A stretch of DNA of 63,864 nucleotides, counting the filler, from Klebsormidium nitens (Eukaryota > Plantae > Klebsormidiophyceae), in assembly GCA_000708835.1 (NCBI GenBank). It is 10 parts of 10 records of this genome, joined end to end, with 100 filler letters (N's around TTAATTAATTAA, not from the genome) between each part and the next. Parts side by side here need not be neighbours in the genome. Positions count along the whole stretch, not along the records: positions 20,581 to 31,402 come from DF238141.1; positions 31,503 to 34,847 come from DF238583.1; 8 more parts are not named here. One strand, 5' to 3'. The translations under genes were made by a program, and so were the position numbers. How positions within the stretch are numbered: position 1 is the stretch's first letter; each line of letters starts with the position of its first letter. The notes below the pieces were generated by a model, which ran no database searches, was not told where the DNA came from, and worked only from the letters and a program-made list of their open reading frames with translations. Shown piece after piece: positions 22,705 through 34,068 of this stretch.

Positions 22705-25700
22705 TTACTCCATCTTAATCTCTGGGGCTTTCAGCGAAAGACCCTTATACCCTCGCTCCGTTACGCCGCAATACTTTACGCCAAGGCCAAGTTTGCTGGG
22801 CTTGTCCGGTCCCGAGAAGCCGTGGTTGTTCATCGCCGACTTCAAGGACTTGGTGTCGAGCGAGGGGATATGGCCGACGCACTTGCCACCCACCATCCTC
22901 TGCGGGTCGTTGTACGCCTTGAGGGCATCGCTCGTTGAGATGAAGAGGTCATCGCCCTTGATACAGCTGTTGAGGACGAAGTTGTCGAAGTCGTCAGCCG
23001 CCTTTTCGTAGTCCTGCAGAGCGTCCATGCTCCGCCTCGGCATGGGGTACAGCTGCTGCCCGTTCTGGTACCACTTGACCGCTCCTGCGACCAGCCACGC
23101 AAGCAACTCCTGCATGTTCTGCAGGGTGCTCAGCTTGGTAAGGAGGCGCGTGTCCACCAACCCGTGCAACGGGTTGGTGGGGTCGTATCCCTTCTCGTGC
23201 GGCGAGAAGTAGCGCCGCACGAAGCAGACCAGCTGAAGGCGGCGCCGGAGGGCAACGGACCAGGTCTTGTCCGTCTTCGGAAGGTAGTTGGTGCACATAA
23301 TGAGCTGCAAAAACCATCAGGAGAGGGTCGTTAGTGCTCGATATCTCACATTCTTTGACGCACCCCACAGGTCTCAGCATGCTCGAAAGTATTTGACCAG
23401 CGTGCTTGACCAAGCAACCGCAGGCTATGGTCGATGCGCAAGCTTCTCGGAATGAATGGAGCAACATTTCAGGAGAAAAGGCACACGCGCTTGTAAGCAT
23501 ATGCTTCAAGACAGAGGAAGAGTCTCACCAGGACGGTCGCGGTGAAGGTGATGAAGTCCTTGAAGAGGGGCCGCGCCGTAATGACATCGCTGCCCGTCAG
23601 CTTCTTCATGCCGGCTTCGTTGAGCGTGTCGGACTTATCCGTCTCTTCGACCACAGCGAGCAGCGCCCCAGCAAGCCCTGCAGAAGCAAAAGGGAGATTT
23701 TTGAGCCCCAGACAGGGGAAACAGGACGGACAGAAGAACATCATGTCGTTTTGAACTGAGTCTCGGACCATGATACTAATCAGGGAAAGGGTTCGGCTTG
23801 TTGAGAGATGTTGGGATGACCCGACAGGATAGACAGCATGGACAGAGGAATCTCATGTCGAGGCTTGGGCGTTCGCAACTCAAATGCAACCACGAACGTG
23901 CACCGACATGCGACTTCCTTACCAGCCTCAAGCGGCGAAGCGGCTCCCTTGTGGGCAGCCCTCTGCCCCTTGGCGTTCACCAAGATCTCCTTGCGCACGT
24001 CCCGGTAGGAAGGCCCGAGCAGCTTGCGCAGCAGATCGAGGAGGAGGCTCTTCCCAGCGCTGCCCTCGCCAACAAGATTGCCAGCACCTGTTCAAGGGAG
24101 TAGGGCCCTAATCGCATCAGCTGACGTTAGCCGCTATTGCGAAATCGTGTCAGGTTGGGCGGCAAAAGGCTTTGACGCTCGGCTCATATGCTTTGAGGTA
24201 CACTTGCGCTTCAAGGCAGACAACTTTTACCAACACGCCCTCACCTGATTGCTCGTGTGACCGGTCAGCCCGTAACCAAGCAGCACCTGGAGGTGCTCCA
24301 GAGCGGCCCCCCCATCCTCGCCAGTGACGTGCATGATGTCCTCCAAGAAGCGCACCACTGCGCCCCTCGGGTACGCGAGTCCAGCGCGAGGGTAGGGCCA
24401 GTCGATCACCTTGCTGTTCATGAACTGCAGATCACCAGGAAGCTTATAAGATTGGAACAGATTGCCCTCAAAGTCCAAACACGACGGACAGCATGGACAG
24501 CAATCACCCCTGTCGTGCTTTTCAGGCTGCAAGACATCGATCATATGCATCTATCGCAATCGTGACCATCTGCATCTATCAAAAGGGGCATGCGTTTGAA
24601 GCTCAGACACGACAGAGAGAACGAACAGCAGTTTCACCTGTCGAACTTTTGAGATTGGCCGCCAAAGGGCTCGCAAAGACAAAGGCACTGCCAGCGCACT
24701 CACCCGGGGATGATGCGCGAGCAGCTCGCCCGTCCGCAGATCGACAACGGCGTTCGCCGCGGCCCTGAAGTCCTTCTGCACGTCGAGCAGCGACTGGAAG
24801 TCCTTTTGATAGAAGTAGTCCTTGCACGTGCTCAAGATGTTGGACATCTTTGAGTTGAAGTTGACGTTGATGAGCTTCTCCTTCTTGCCTTTCTTCGCTC
24901 CTTTCCCATCCCCCGACGCTCCGGCCCCCTTCCGTGCCTCGCCGTTCTCATCATCGCTCTCTGGACCGTCAGCCAAGACAGGCGACCGACCGCCTCCCAC
25001 CCCAAGCCCCGCCTCTCGCATGTATGCGGCCTCAATCTTGGAGAGCTCCTCGCGGAGCACCCGCAGAATCCGGCCGCCGCTCTCATCCTTGGCCCAGCAG
25101 CGACCCGTCCAGTAGTACGAGCCTGAGGAGCAGAAGGCGAACTTCAGGCCCGTCCGCACGTAGAGGCGCTCCAGGATGATGGCGCCACCAACATCTCCTG
25201 CAGGTGGGTTGGGATCGAATAAGCCAGGTTGACAATCGGACCCAACCGCGCAACCTGCAACCTTGGATCTTTCAAGTACGAGATATCACAAAGCAGCAGA
25301 TGGAGGGTTCAGTTGTAGCAGCTACTATTGCTATCAAAGTTCAGACGAGATACAGAATTCTCATAGAAATACAAACAAGAAGTGCTTCCTAGGAGTTACC
25401 GCGTTATTAAAGGGCAAAACGACATTTGCAGAACAAGAAGTGCTTACTAGAAACTTTTGAAGTACTAGGCTTAGCCTAGGACATATACTTTCTGGGCAGG
25501 GCTGTCTAACAAAGCGTGTCTCCTTCAAGGCTGTGATTAGTCTAGTCTCCTTCGCACTTTTAAAGTACTAGGCTTAGCCTAGGACATAAGCTTTCTGCGG
25601 AGTCCAGGCAATAGGACCTGTACTTTTTGAGCATGACTGTCTCAGCGAGCTTGCTCGAACGAATAGGCTTCCTACAAATTATCACCAATAGACGCTTCAT

Positions 25701-28700
25701 TAAGATTATCACCTGATTAAAGGCTTCTTAGGTACTAGGCTTAGCCTAGGACATGAAGTTATCACGTTATGAAAGGGCAAAACGACATTTGCAGAACAAG
25801 TAGTGCTTCCTTGAAGTTATCACGTTATCAAAGGGCAAAACGACATTTGCAGAACGAAAAAGCTCCAGTGTAGATTGGCAAACAATCAACTCACCTTTCT
25901 TGACGTTCAGGTTCTCTTGAAGGAAGGCCAGCGGCAGCAGCTGCCGGTCGGAGTACAGGTGGTCCCTCTCGCTGTTCAGAGGCTGGCTGTCGCCAAAGGC
26001 CGCGGCGATCGGCAGGGGGAGAACGCCCAGGCGGAAGTTGCCCGGCCGCGGGGTGGCCTTGCAGCTCTCCCCGTGGCAGATGTAAGTCACCTCGGACCCC
26101 CGCCGCAGGAGCCCGAAGTTGGTGCTGTCGTGCACCCTCGCACGAGATGCCGGAAAGTAGGGGCACGTCACGCGCCCGCCAGGCGCGTTCTGGAACTCGT
26201 AGATGACTCCAGGGCCCGTGGCGGACGGCTTGGCGGCGCAGAAGATCGAGGTGTTGTCGCCCCAGGTCGACAGCAGCTTCTCGAGCTCGCGCACCACCTC
26301 CGACCGAAGCTCGGGGTCCGCCAGGTCCGGTTCCTCGAAAGGAGGCGCCGGCTCGGAGCTCCCCCCGGCCCCCGGATTGCAGGACGAGTCCACGCTCGAC
26401 TCCGCATCGCTAGCTCCGGCGTTCTTGTCCATGCACGCATTTGCACCAGGCGAATCGCCCCCTTCTTTTGCCATCTGCAGGGGGAGAGCAGTGGGTCATG
26501 AACAATGATAGAAGGATCACGTCGCTTTGCGGTCCTTGCTGTCTCTCATGTCTGCCCGCCAGAGCACAGACGGCCAAGTGTACGCAAGTACATTTAATGA
26601 ACGGCAATGTCCAGGAAGAACTCGTGTCTCTGCTGTCCCTCCTGTCGATCAACTTAGCACAGACGGCGACATGCTTGAGAACATGGGCAACAATAGAAGA
26701 GACACGTGTCTCCGCTGTCTAAACTGTCTATTGCTCCTGAACAGTCCCGAGCGCAAGGGGTGCATAAGAGTTGGGTCGTTTGACCGATGTTTCGTCAGGA
26801 CTTACCCCGCTCGTTTGTGCACCATCGGCAGTGCCACCCTCCACATCATGCACGCAACCTTCCATGTGCGCGCTTGCACCAGGCGAGCCACCCCCTTCCT
26901 TTGCCGAACCGCCTTTACCCTGCACATGAAGAGAGGAGGGTCTTAACGTTGACAGCAGAGACGCGTGTCCTTGCCGTCTGTCCTGTCTGCCAAAGAACAG
27001 AACGGCGAAGTGCATGTGAGAGCATGGGAGCTGACAGGAAGAACACGTGACTTTGCTTGATCAAAGCACAGAAGGCAACATGCTTGAGAACATTGGGGAA
27101 AACAGGAGACAGACGTGTCTCTGCTGTCCGTCTTGTCTGCTGCCATTGAGAAGGAGGCAGAAGATTCGGTGCATCGAAGGTTTGAGTCCTTACTCCAATC
27201 CTCAATGGGGCGAGACTCGACTGCACACTGTTGGCAGCGTTGCCCTCCGTCTCGTCCATAGGGTCGGCGGCGCGCGCACTTGCATCGTGCGAGCAAACAC
27301 CTTCCTCTGCACTAGTGCCGCCCATCTGCACAGCAAGATTCACGGATTGCAAAAGAAACACGTGTCTTTGCTGTCTGTGCTGTCTGCAAAGCATGAGAAG
27401 CAAGAACGTCTTGCTACAAGAAAGACTCGCGCTCCACCTAAGAATCTGCACTATCCCAAGCATAAGAAGTACGGACCGCAGCTGTGCATCAGAGCGCGTG
27501 GGGCGACAGAGGAGAGGCATCATGTCTTTGCTGTTCGTCCTGCCTGTCAAAGCGTGCAAGGGGCAACATGCATAATGCGAGGACTGCGACAGGAGAGACA
27601 CGTCTCTTGCTGTTTGTCTTGTCCATCCTGTCAAACCTGTCGTCAAACCTGTCCTCTGTTGAACAAGAGCGCACGTCATGGCAAAGGAAGGGGCATGCAA
27701 GATTCTGTTTTCACCTCAGAATTTGTGGGCCTTGCGCTCGTATGGCCCCCATTGGCCGCGCCGCTCTCCACCTCGTTCATGGGGTCGGCCATGCGCGCGT
27801 TCGCATCGGGCTGGGCACCAGGCGAGCGAAGGGATCCCTCTTCAAAGCTGTCTTCCGCCTGCAAAAGGAGAGTCTGGATAGCTGTGTAACGAGCGCTGCA
27901 ATCATAGGGCTCCTGATGCTGTCCGTCATGAGCGCAACCCGCGATAGATGGAACGCCTGTCTTTGCAGGCCATCTTGTCTGTTATCAGAGGAAGCGGCTG
28001 CAGAAAGTGTCATGAGCAAAAAATGCCTTTCAATTGGTCTTAACTTCCAGGCAAGGGTGGCTGCTGACAACAAACAAGGCACGAATCGGTGGCATCTGCC
28101 CTGACTGCCAATCAGACATGGGGGCCTCAATCCCATCCAGTCTTACCGCATCAGGGGCGCTGTCAAGCTCAATCTTCCTTCCATCCTCGTCATCCTGTGA
28201 CGTCGCTTCCAAGAGCCCGGGCTGTGATTCAAGCACTTCTCCAGCTTGAATTTCATCAACCTGGAGACGAGCTGGTGCATGCATCAGATGCTTGCTGCTG
28301 AGCATCTAAGGGGTCAGCCTTCAAAACCTCAACAATCAGGGTAGACGTCTTGCGAGTCAGAACACGTGCAAAACAAGGTGACCGTTCTGGGTCACCCCAA
28401 GTGCGCAAAAAGTGAGCTATAGTACCTAACACTTGGCGCGCTGCCATGTCTCCAATTCTTAAGATGCACTAGATCATGCTTGGGACATCAAAAGCTTGTC
28501 GGAGCAATGGGTGAAAGAGAGGCCGCAAGTGCTCACCTGCATCTTTTCAAGGCGTGGCCCGCTGCTGGATGCCATGTTTTGAAGCAGATCCCTGTGGATG
28601 TCGCGTCGACGCTTCCTGCTTGCGGGTTGCTTGATTGACCCTTCCTTACGCGCTTTCGAGCGAGAGTAGACCGGGCTTGATGGCTCATATTGTTCCATGA

Positions 28701-28701
28701 C
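22705..28701 (-). CDS. Intron-containing D5/P4-type SF3 helicase (primase-helicase family), with one apparent 1-nt frameshift
   Basis: Phase-compatible GT-AG exons: 28537-28701, 28147-28260, 27715-27858, 27194-27325, 26806-26919, 25895-26474, 24704-25197, 24245-24424, 23923-24087, 23529-23677, 22705-23304. Domains: Cys/His region (CPY...HDSTNF...YICHGESC), D5_N (LLDVQKDFRAAANAVVDLRTGELLAH), Walker A GEGSAGKS, Walker B AVVEET, KLTGSDVITARPLFK, motif C LIMCTNYLP, RRRLQLVCF. The 5' end is uncertain and no AEP primase motifs were seen. Confidence 0.87.
25380..25860. repeat. Interleaved short repeats inside a helicase intron
   Basis: AGTACTAGGCTTAGCCTAGGACAT (containing the hairpin CTAGGC-TTA-GCCTAG) occurs near 25461 and 25564, with a near-identical copy near 25732. 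AAAGGGCAAAACGACATTTGCAGAAC occurs near 25409, 25772 and 25831. Confidence 0.85.
26440..27860 (-). repeat. Tandemly duplicated exon-plus-intron modules in the 5' part of the helicase gene
   Basis: Three phase-0/0 exons (114, 132 and 144 nt) and the start of the next exon share a (K/E)EGxxSPGAxAxM core. Their introns share GACAGCAGAGAC[A/G]CGTGTC-type motifs. Confidence 0.75.
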
Positions 28702-28719
28702 CTGCAATTCAAGGTAAGG

Positions 28720-30050
28720 AGGAACAAATCAGCCCATCAGAGCGCGACAAATCAGCGCCAAAACAAGCAACAACTGAGCCCATACAAAAAGACGAATCAG
28801 TTGACAGCGAGCTCTAAAGAAGCTACAAGTGACCTCAGATAAGCCCCCCCACAGTAAGGAATGATTGGCAATGAATCAGCCCCCAACAGCGGGCTTCAAG
28901 TAAGCCCATTAGAGCACGACATCAACCCCACAGCAAGCCGCTATAAACAGCCCCACAACAAGCAACATGTGAGCCCCTAAGCGGTTTCGACAGCAGCCCC
29001 ACAGCAGGCCCCAAGGCAGCCCGTTAAAGCTCGTCAAAACAGCCCCACAGCAAGTGTTGAAAAGGGTCACAAAACAGCCTCACATCAATGAACACATCAG
29101 ACCAACAGCGATCCCAAAAGCAGCCCAACAGTGGTACCAAAAGCAGCCCCAAAAAACGAGCCCCCAAGTCAGCAAATCAAAGTGGAATAAATCAGTCCTG
29201 AAGCAAGTGCTAGATTAGCCCCACAGCAAGCAACACGTCAGATTGACAGCGGTCCCAAAAAGAGCCCCACAGCGAGCCCCAAGTCAAACCGTTAGAGCGC
29301 GACAAATGAGCCCCCAAGCAAGTAAGAACTGACCCCCACGGCGAGCAACATATTAAGCTGATGACAGCTTCATACAAGCTCCACAACAAGCTCAAAATCA
29401 GCCCCCACAACAAACAATGCATCAAATCAAAGAGCGGGCCTCAAGTCAGAACAACAGAGCGTACCCAATTAGCATCACCCGATCAGCTCTACAGTGGGTG
29501 TCAGTGAGCAATTGCAACCTCTCGGCGAATGAATGCAAGTGCTGATGGGATTGAACCGAGACTTTAAAGGAGCCTCAAGCTTTCAGTCAAGCAACATGCT
29601 GGGGAAATTGGTCGAATCAGTCGCATGAAGAATAGGAGGGCCCTTGAGAAACTCACCTACCACCTGCCACCTTCCACAGCGCCGCACTCTGCTTGCATGT
29701 GATTGAGCTTGATGATGCCGTGGTACTTGGCCGGGCTCCTCTCTTCCTTGAGAATTGCTTGCTTCTAAGCTTCTTACAAGGGGCTGCACCATATACCAAC
29801 ACCAAATCAGGCTGATAGGCAGCCCCAAAAACAGCCCCAGCTGCGGGCTCCAGATCAACTTTACAGCGGATCACAAATCAGTGCAAGAACAAGTGCGGGA
29901 TCAGCCCAACAGTCAGCCCACCAATCAGTCCTAAAGCAACCCAAAAGTTAGCCTGACAGCCCGGTCCACGGTCAGCCTGAAAGCAGGCTCAAAACAACAG
30001 CCCTACAGCGGGCGCCACATCAGCCTAACAGCAAGCGCTGTATCAGCCTA
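28720..30050. repeat. Degenerate C/A-rich microrepeat region (AGCCCC[A]CAGCAAG-like units)
   Basis: Many CAGCCC/AGCCCC words with strong strand bias (plus strand C/A-rich). Confidence 0.7.
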
Positions 30051-30934
30051 ATAGGAGAGGTACCATCAAGCACGCCAAAGGCTTACCAACATGCGCTGAA
30101 ACACACCTTAAACTTTCCCAAATCCGAAGGCGCTTTCCAGACACACTCTGAATGGCAATTTCTCTGCCGCATGCATGTGTTTGATACCAGGTCAAAAAGC
30201 AGATGTTGGTGTCTGAAGCTGACATAGCCAGGAGAGGGCTACAACGCTCACCCGCTCTCCCAGGACGCTGCGCTTATCCTTCTTCGGGGAGCCTTACAAA
30301 TGCCTCTAAAGTTCTAGTCCTAAGCTCCTCACCCCTTAGAGATGCTTCTGGAAGTTTCCAGCTGAGGTGGATCCCAGACACTTGGCAAGCATGCAGGGTG
30401 CTGGCTTTCCGCCAGACCATGCCACCTTGCCACCGCTTGCCACCGCTTGCCAACGCTAGTCCAGCATTCTGCAGTAGATAGCGGCCACAGTCTGCAGCAA
30501 TCCCACTGCATCTTGCTAACGTTCCTGATGACACAACCAGCGTCGGAAGCGGCTGCGAATTGCAAACTTGTACAATCAATACCAGCTGCCGGATGCGCCA
30601 TCTACAGTGGTGCAGCCATCTTCTCAGCTGATGCACATATTTCCAGCTGCCAGCGGCCCACGCACCCATCTTCAAGCTGCAGCACAATGATGCCATAACC
30701 ATTCAACTGCAGCTAGTATGGCAAAGTTGTGGACTTCAAGAATCAAAATGCTCCTGACATGATTTGCTGCTGCTAGTGGAGCAAGTCAGAGTGGCCTCAA
30801 TCACAAGCTTCCGGATCAGCACCTAAGGAAAAAGGTCCCCGAAAGACGACCCCACTGTGTGAATCTCGCCTTATCTCAGACATGCCAGGTTACGTTAGAT
30901 TGCCTCGAGTCACCCAAAGAGCAGACATGCGAAC

Positions 30935-31402
30935 TTGGTAGGACGAACAGCAGTTTCTCCATCCTGCTCCAGCTTATACACTACCATACCGGTAATATCG
31001 GGAATATTACCGGAATTTTATAGTTGGTAGCACGCTTTGACAGGAAAGACAGGACCGACGGCAGTTTGTCCTGTCCGGCTTTGAGCTTATAAATAACCAT
31101 ACCTGTAAAATGGTCGGAATTTTGTAATGTATAGCGCGCATCGTCGAGGAGAGACGGGACGGACAGCAGTTTCTCCTGTGTAGCTCCCGACTTATACTCT
31201 ACCATACCGGGAAAATTATCAAAATATTGTAACTGATAGCACGCGTCGACAGGAGGACAGGATAGACGAGACGGACGGCAGCATTTGCTGTCCTGCCCGC
31301 GTCTTATCATGACCAGACCGGTCAATATGTGAGGGTGGCGATCCTTAGATACATACATATTAGCAAACTCGGCTGAGATTGGAAAAGTCTATATTATAAT
31401 CT
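30935..31402. repeat. Tandem array A', a diverged direct-orientation homologue of array A
   Basis: Units of about 105-113 bp (ACCATACC near 30983, 31096, 31201; GTCGAC/GAGGAG...GACGG cores). Ends in CCTTAGATACATACATATTAGCAAACTCGGCTGAGAT...ATAATCT, matching 22189-22248. Confidence 0.85.
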
Positions 31403-31502
31403 NNNNNNNNNNNNNNNNNNNNNNNNNNNNNNNNNNNNNNNNNNNNTTAATTAATTAANNNNNNNNNNNNNNNNNNNNNNNNNNNNNNNNNNNNNNNNNN
31501 NN

Positions 31503-31885
31503 GCTTGGACACTTGGACAGCTGGCGGTATGCGGTCGGTCTTGGGGACTTGTCCAAGTGTTCGAGGTCTTCCGGAAAATTGTTTGAGTGTAGTTGCTGAC
31601 GTCATCAGAAAGAAGTCCTGATGTTTTTTTGTAAAAGCTTGGACACTTGGACAGCTGGCGGTATCCGGTTGGTCTTTTGGGCTCGTCCAAGTGTTCGAGG
31701 TCTTCCAGAAGATTGTTTGGGTGTAGTTGCTGACGTCATCGAAAAGAAGTCCTGATGTTTTTTGGTAAAAGCTTGGACACTTGGACAGCCGCTGGTATCC
31801 GGTCGGTCTTGGGGGCTTGTCCAATTGTCCAAGGTCTGATGGAAGAATGTGTGGGTGAAGTTGCTGACGTCATCATAGAAGTCCT
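31503..31885. repeat. Tandem array C (134-bp unit, about 3 copies)
   Basis: GCTTGGACACTTGGACAG at 31503, 31637 and 31771. Each unit contains GTTGCTGACGTCATC...AGAAGTCCTGAT. Confidence 0.92.
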
Positions 31886-31965
31886 GATATCTTCGCGGGT
31901 GAGCACAGCCTGCCGCCACACATACAGCAAGACCTGCCAGCGCCAGGGGTGCGCTTTTTGAGGCT

Positions 31966-32823
31966 TTGCTCAGAACTCACCTTTTCTTTGACTTTGGTTG
32001 CTCCGCAGGAAACGGGAAGGGGGTATTGAAAGAGGTGCTGCAAGCTGCCACCGGTGATTACTTCGGCGGCATGTCCAAGGATGCAGTGGTTACAGCCCCC
32101 GGCCAGAAATCTTCCTCGAAGAACGCCCCTACCAACTACATCTACGAGCTGATGGGCGTGCGGCTTGCTGTCACCAATGAGACGGCAGAAGGAGAACGGG
32201 TGGATTTGGGGCTCGTCCTAGGAATGACCGGGGGGGGTAAGGCAAAGGCGCGTTGTCTGTATGAAAATAACGTAGAGTTCACCATCACTCATACGCCCTT
32301 CGTCCAAACAAATTACCCGCCCGCAATGTCTGCAACCGCAGTCAAGGAGAACGTCCTGCACCGCCTGCGAGTGATCCCGTTTCCCAACAGCTATGTTGGC
32401 GCCGACACCTTCGATCCCAATAATGCAACCCACCGCCTGCGAGACGACGGACTCAAAGATCGCATGAAGGAGGAGGAGTCTCTTCGGCAAGTACTCTCGT
32501 GGTTAGCCCGCGGTTCAGTTGAGTGGTATACTAGTACCGACGGGCTTGGGCGTCCTCCTCAAGCGGTGCAGAGTGCGACGTGTGAATACGTGAGCGAGGC
32601 GGACAAACTGCAGCTATTTCTCGACCAGCATTGTGTGTCCGGAGAAGGGCTTTCGATCCTGCAGGCCGAATTTGCCAACCTTTATCGCGGGTTCTCCTCG
32701 GAGAGGATTTCCAATGAGGAGTTGGCAAGGAGGATGGAAAAGAAGGGGTTCAAGAGGCTCAAGAATAACGAGACACCGCGACAATTGTACTATCCAAAGA
32801 TTAAGTGCGAGTACACATTCTGA
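31966..32823 (+). CDS. Second D5/P4-type SF3 helicase (C-terminal exon only; 5' part missing)
   Basis: GNGKG (Walker A), VRLAVTNET (Walker B), MTGGGKAKARCLYENN, VQTNYPP (motif C), RLRVIPFPN, QVLSWLARGSVEWY, and a C-terminal winged-helix-like tail. Probable acceptor (pyrimidine tract + CAG) at 32008. Confidence 0.88.
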   Translation: MLRTHLFFDFGCSAGNGKGVLKEVLQAATGDYFGGMSKDAVVTAPGQKSSSKNAPTNYIYELMGVRLAVTNETAEGERVDLGLVLGMTGGGKAKARCLYENNVEFTITHTPFVQTNYPPAMSATAVKENVLHRLRVIPFPNSYVGADTFDPNNATHRLRDDGLKDRMKEEESLRQVLSWLARGSVEWYTSTDGLGRPPQAVQSATCEYVSEADKLQLFLDQHCVSGEGLSILQAEFANLYRGFSSERISNEELARRMEKKGFKRLKNNETPRQLYYPKIKCEYTF

Positions 32824-33204
32824 TAGTTCTTTGAGGTTTTACAGCCTGGTGGATAAGTTAGATTGATGACTTAGACAAGGTAGATAGGCCCCACTCGAAA
32901 ATAGGAGTATAAGTTCTGTCAAAAAGTCTGCCGGAAATCTATATGAATACGGTGACACTTTGGCCCGCATTAGAAATATAAGTTGGCTTATCGAAACAAG
33001 ACCCTTGAACAGATTGTTTCTATAACCGTATGATGACGTCAGCATGTTGCGGCCATGATGTATTTTTGTATCAAACCCTGGACATCCGGACAGAAGCTAG
33101 TTGCTAGGCCACGTGCCCTAGTGGTTGGCACCTTTTTGAGCTTTGCTCGTATATACCAAGCTTGCAATCTCGTCCGATCTCAAATCAGCTCCACCAATCA
33201 GTAA

Positions 33205-34068
33205 TTAGCTGGATGCATGCTTTAGTAACGTAATGATGTGATGTTGGTGAAATATCTCGTCGTTGATGACAAGGTCGTAACTTTGATATTGCTCTGCCGG
33301 TTTTACCAGCATGCACATGAGCCTTTCATATAGATTGCCTAGTGTAGACTGTTTGCCTTTTGTTTGTTGCTCAACAATTTCGCGGATTAGAAGGCATAAA
33401 TCAACACTAATGATTTCCATGCTTTGCGTCGAAAGCTCAATTCGCAGAATGCATGGATACTGCTTCACGCCAGTGCCGGTCGATAGGTTCTTGCATCGCG
33501 CTAAATCGATCTCTTTATCAAAGACGTTGTCAACATTCGACTTTGACATGTCCATTTCCATTGCCGGTACTCGAGCCAAACCCATACTTATCGTAACAAA
33601 AATATGTTTAACCGAATGCGTTTCCTGGAATGAGCATAGTTCGCTTCTGACCCGAAAATTGAATGTACATCATATGGCCTTTAAAATATTTCTATCAGCT
33701 TTCTTTGAGTGTGAATATCTTCTGTTGGTTCCTTTCACCGACTTTGACGGTGCTTGAGTCTTGCGTTTTGGTACAACGTCAACTTTCGACTCGTCATCTG
33801 ATGGCTCCTCTGTCTCCGACCTCTGTCTCCGAGAGTTGTTTGTTTGTAGTTTTTAATGGAAGCTTTTTTGCTTTGTTGTGGTGCTGCATGACGTCCAGCT
33901 TGAAATGGCATCAACGGAAAACTTCATTGTATGCGTTCGATAGGTCCCAGCAAAAGGAAGCCCGATTGGTTGTTTGGCCTTTTTCAAGGTCTCGATGTTG
34001 ACTTGATATGCAAACAATCTCCCCTTAGATTTACGGGTAGTTTCTACCAGTAGAACATAGTAGACCAA
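33205..34068 (-). pseudogene. Decayed intronless AT-rich ORF of about 288 codons, function unknown
   Basis: Track ORFs 33853-34068 and 33205-33585 are in the same frame. Hand translation of the interval shows only two stops (TAA 33853-33855, TGA 33670-33672) and no frameshift. Confidence 0.45.

Noticed and set aside
29540-29575. GGTTCAATCC B-box-like word on the minus strand, suggesting a tRNA or SINE
   Set aside because: The T-stem does not pair, and no A-box or cloverleaf can be built.
29583-30702. Candidate further 5' exons of the helicase gene
   Set aside because: Donor phases do not match the phase-0 acceptor at 28701, and no primase motifs are present.
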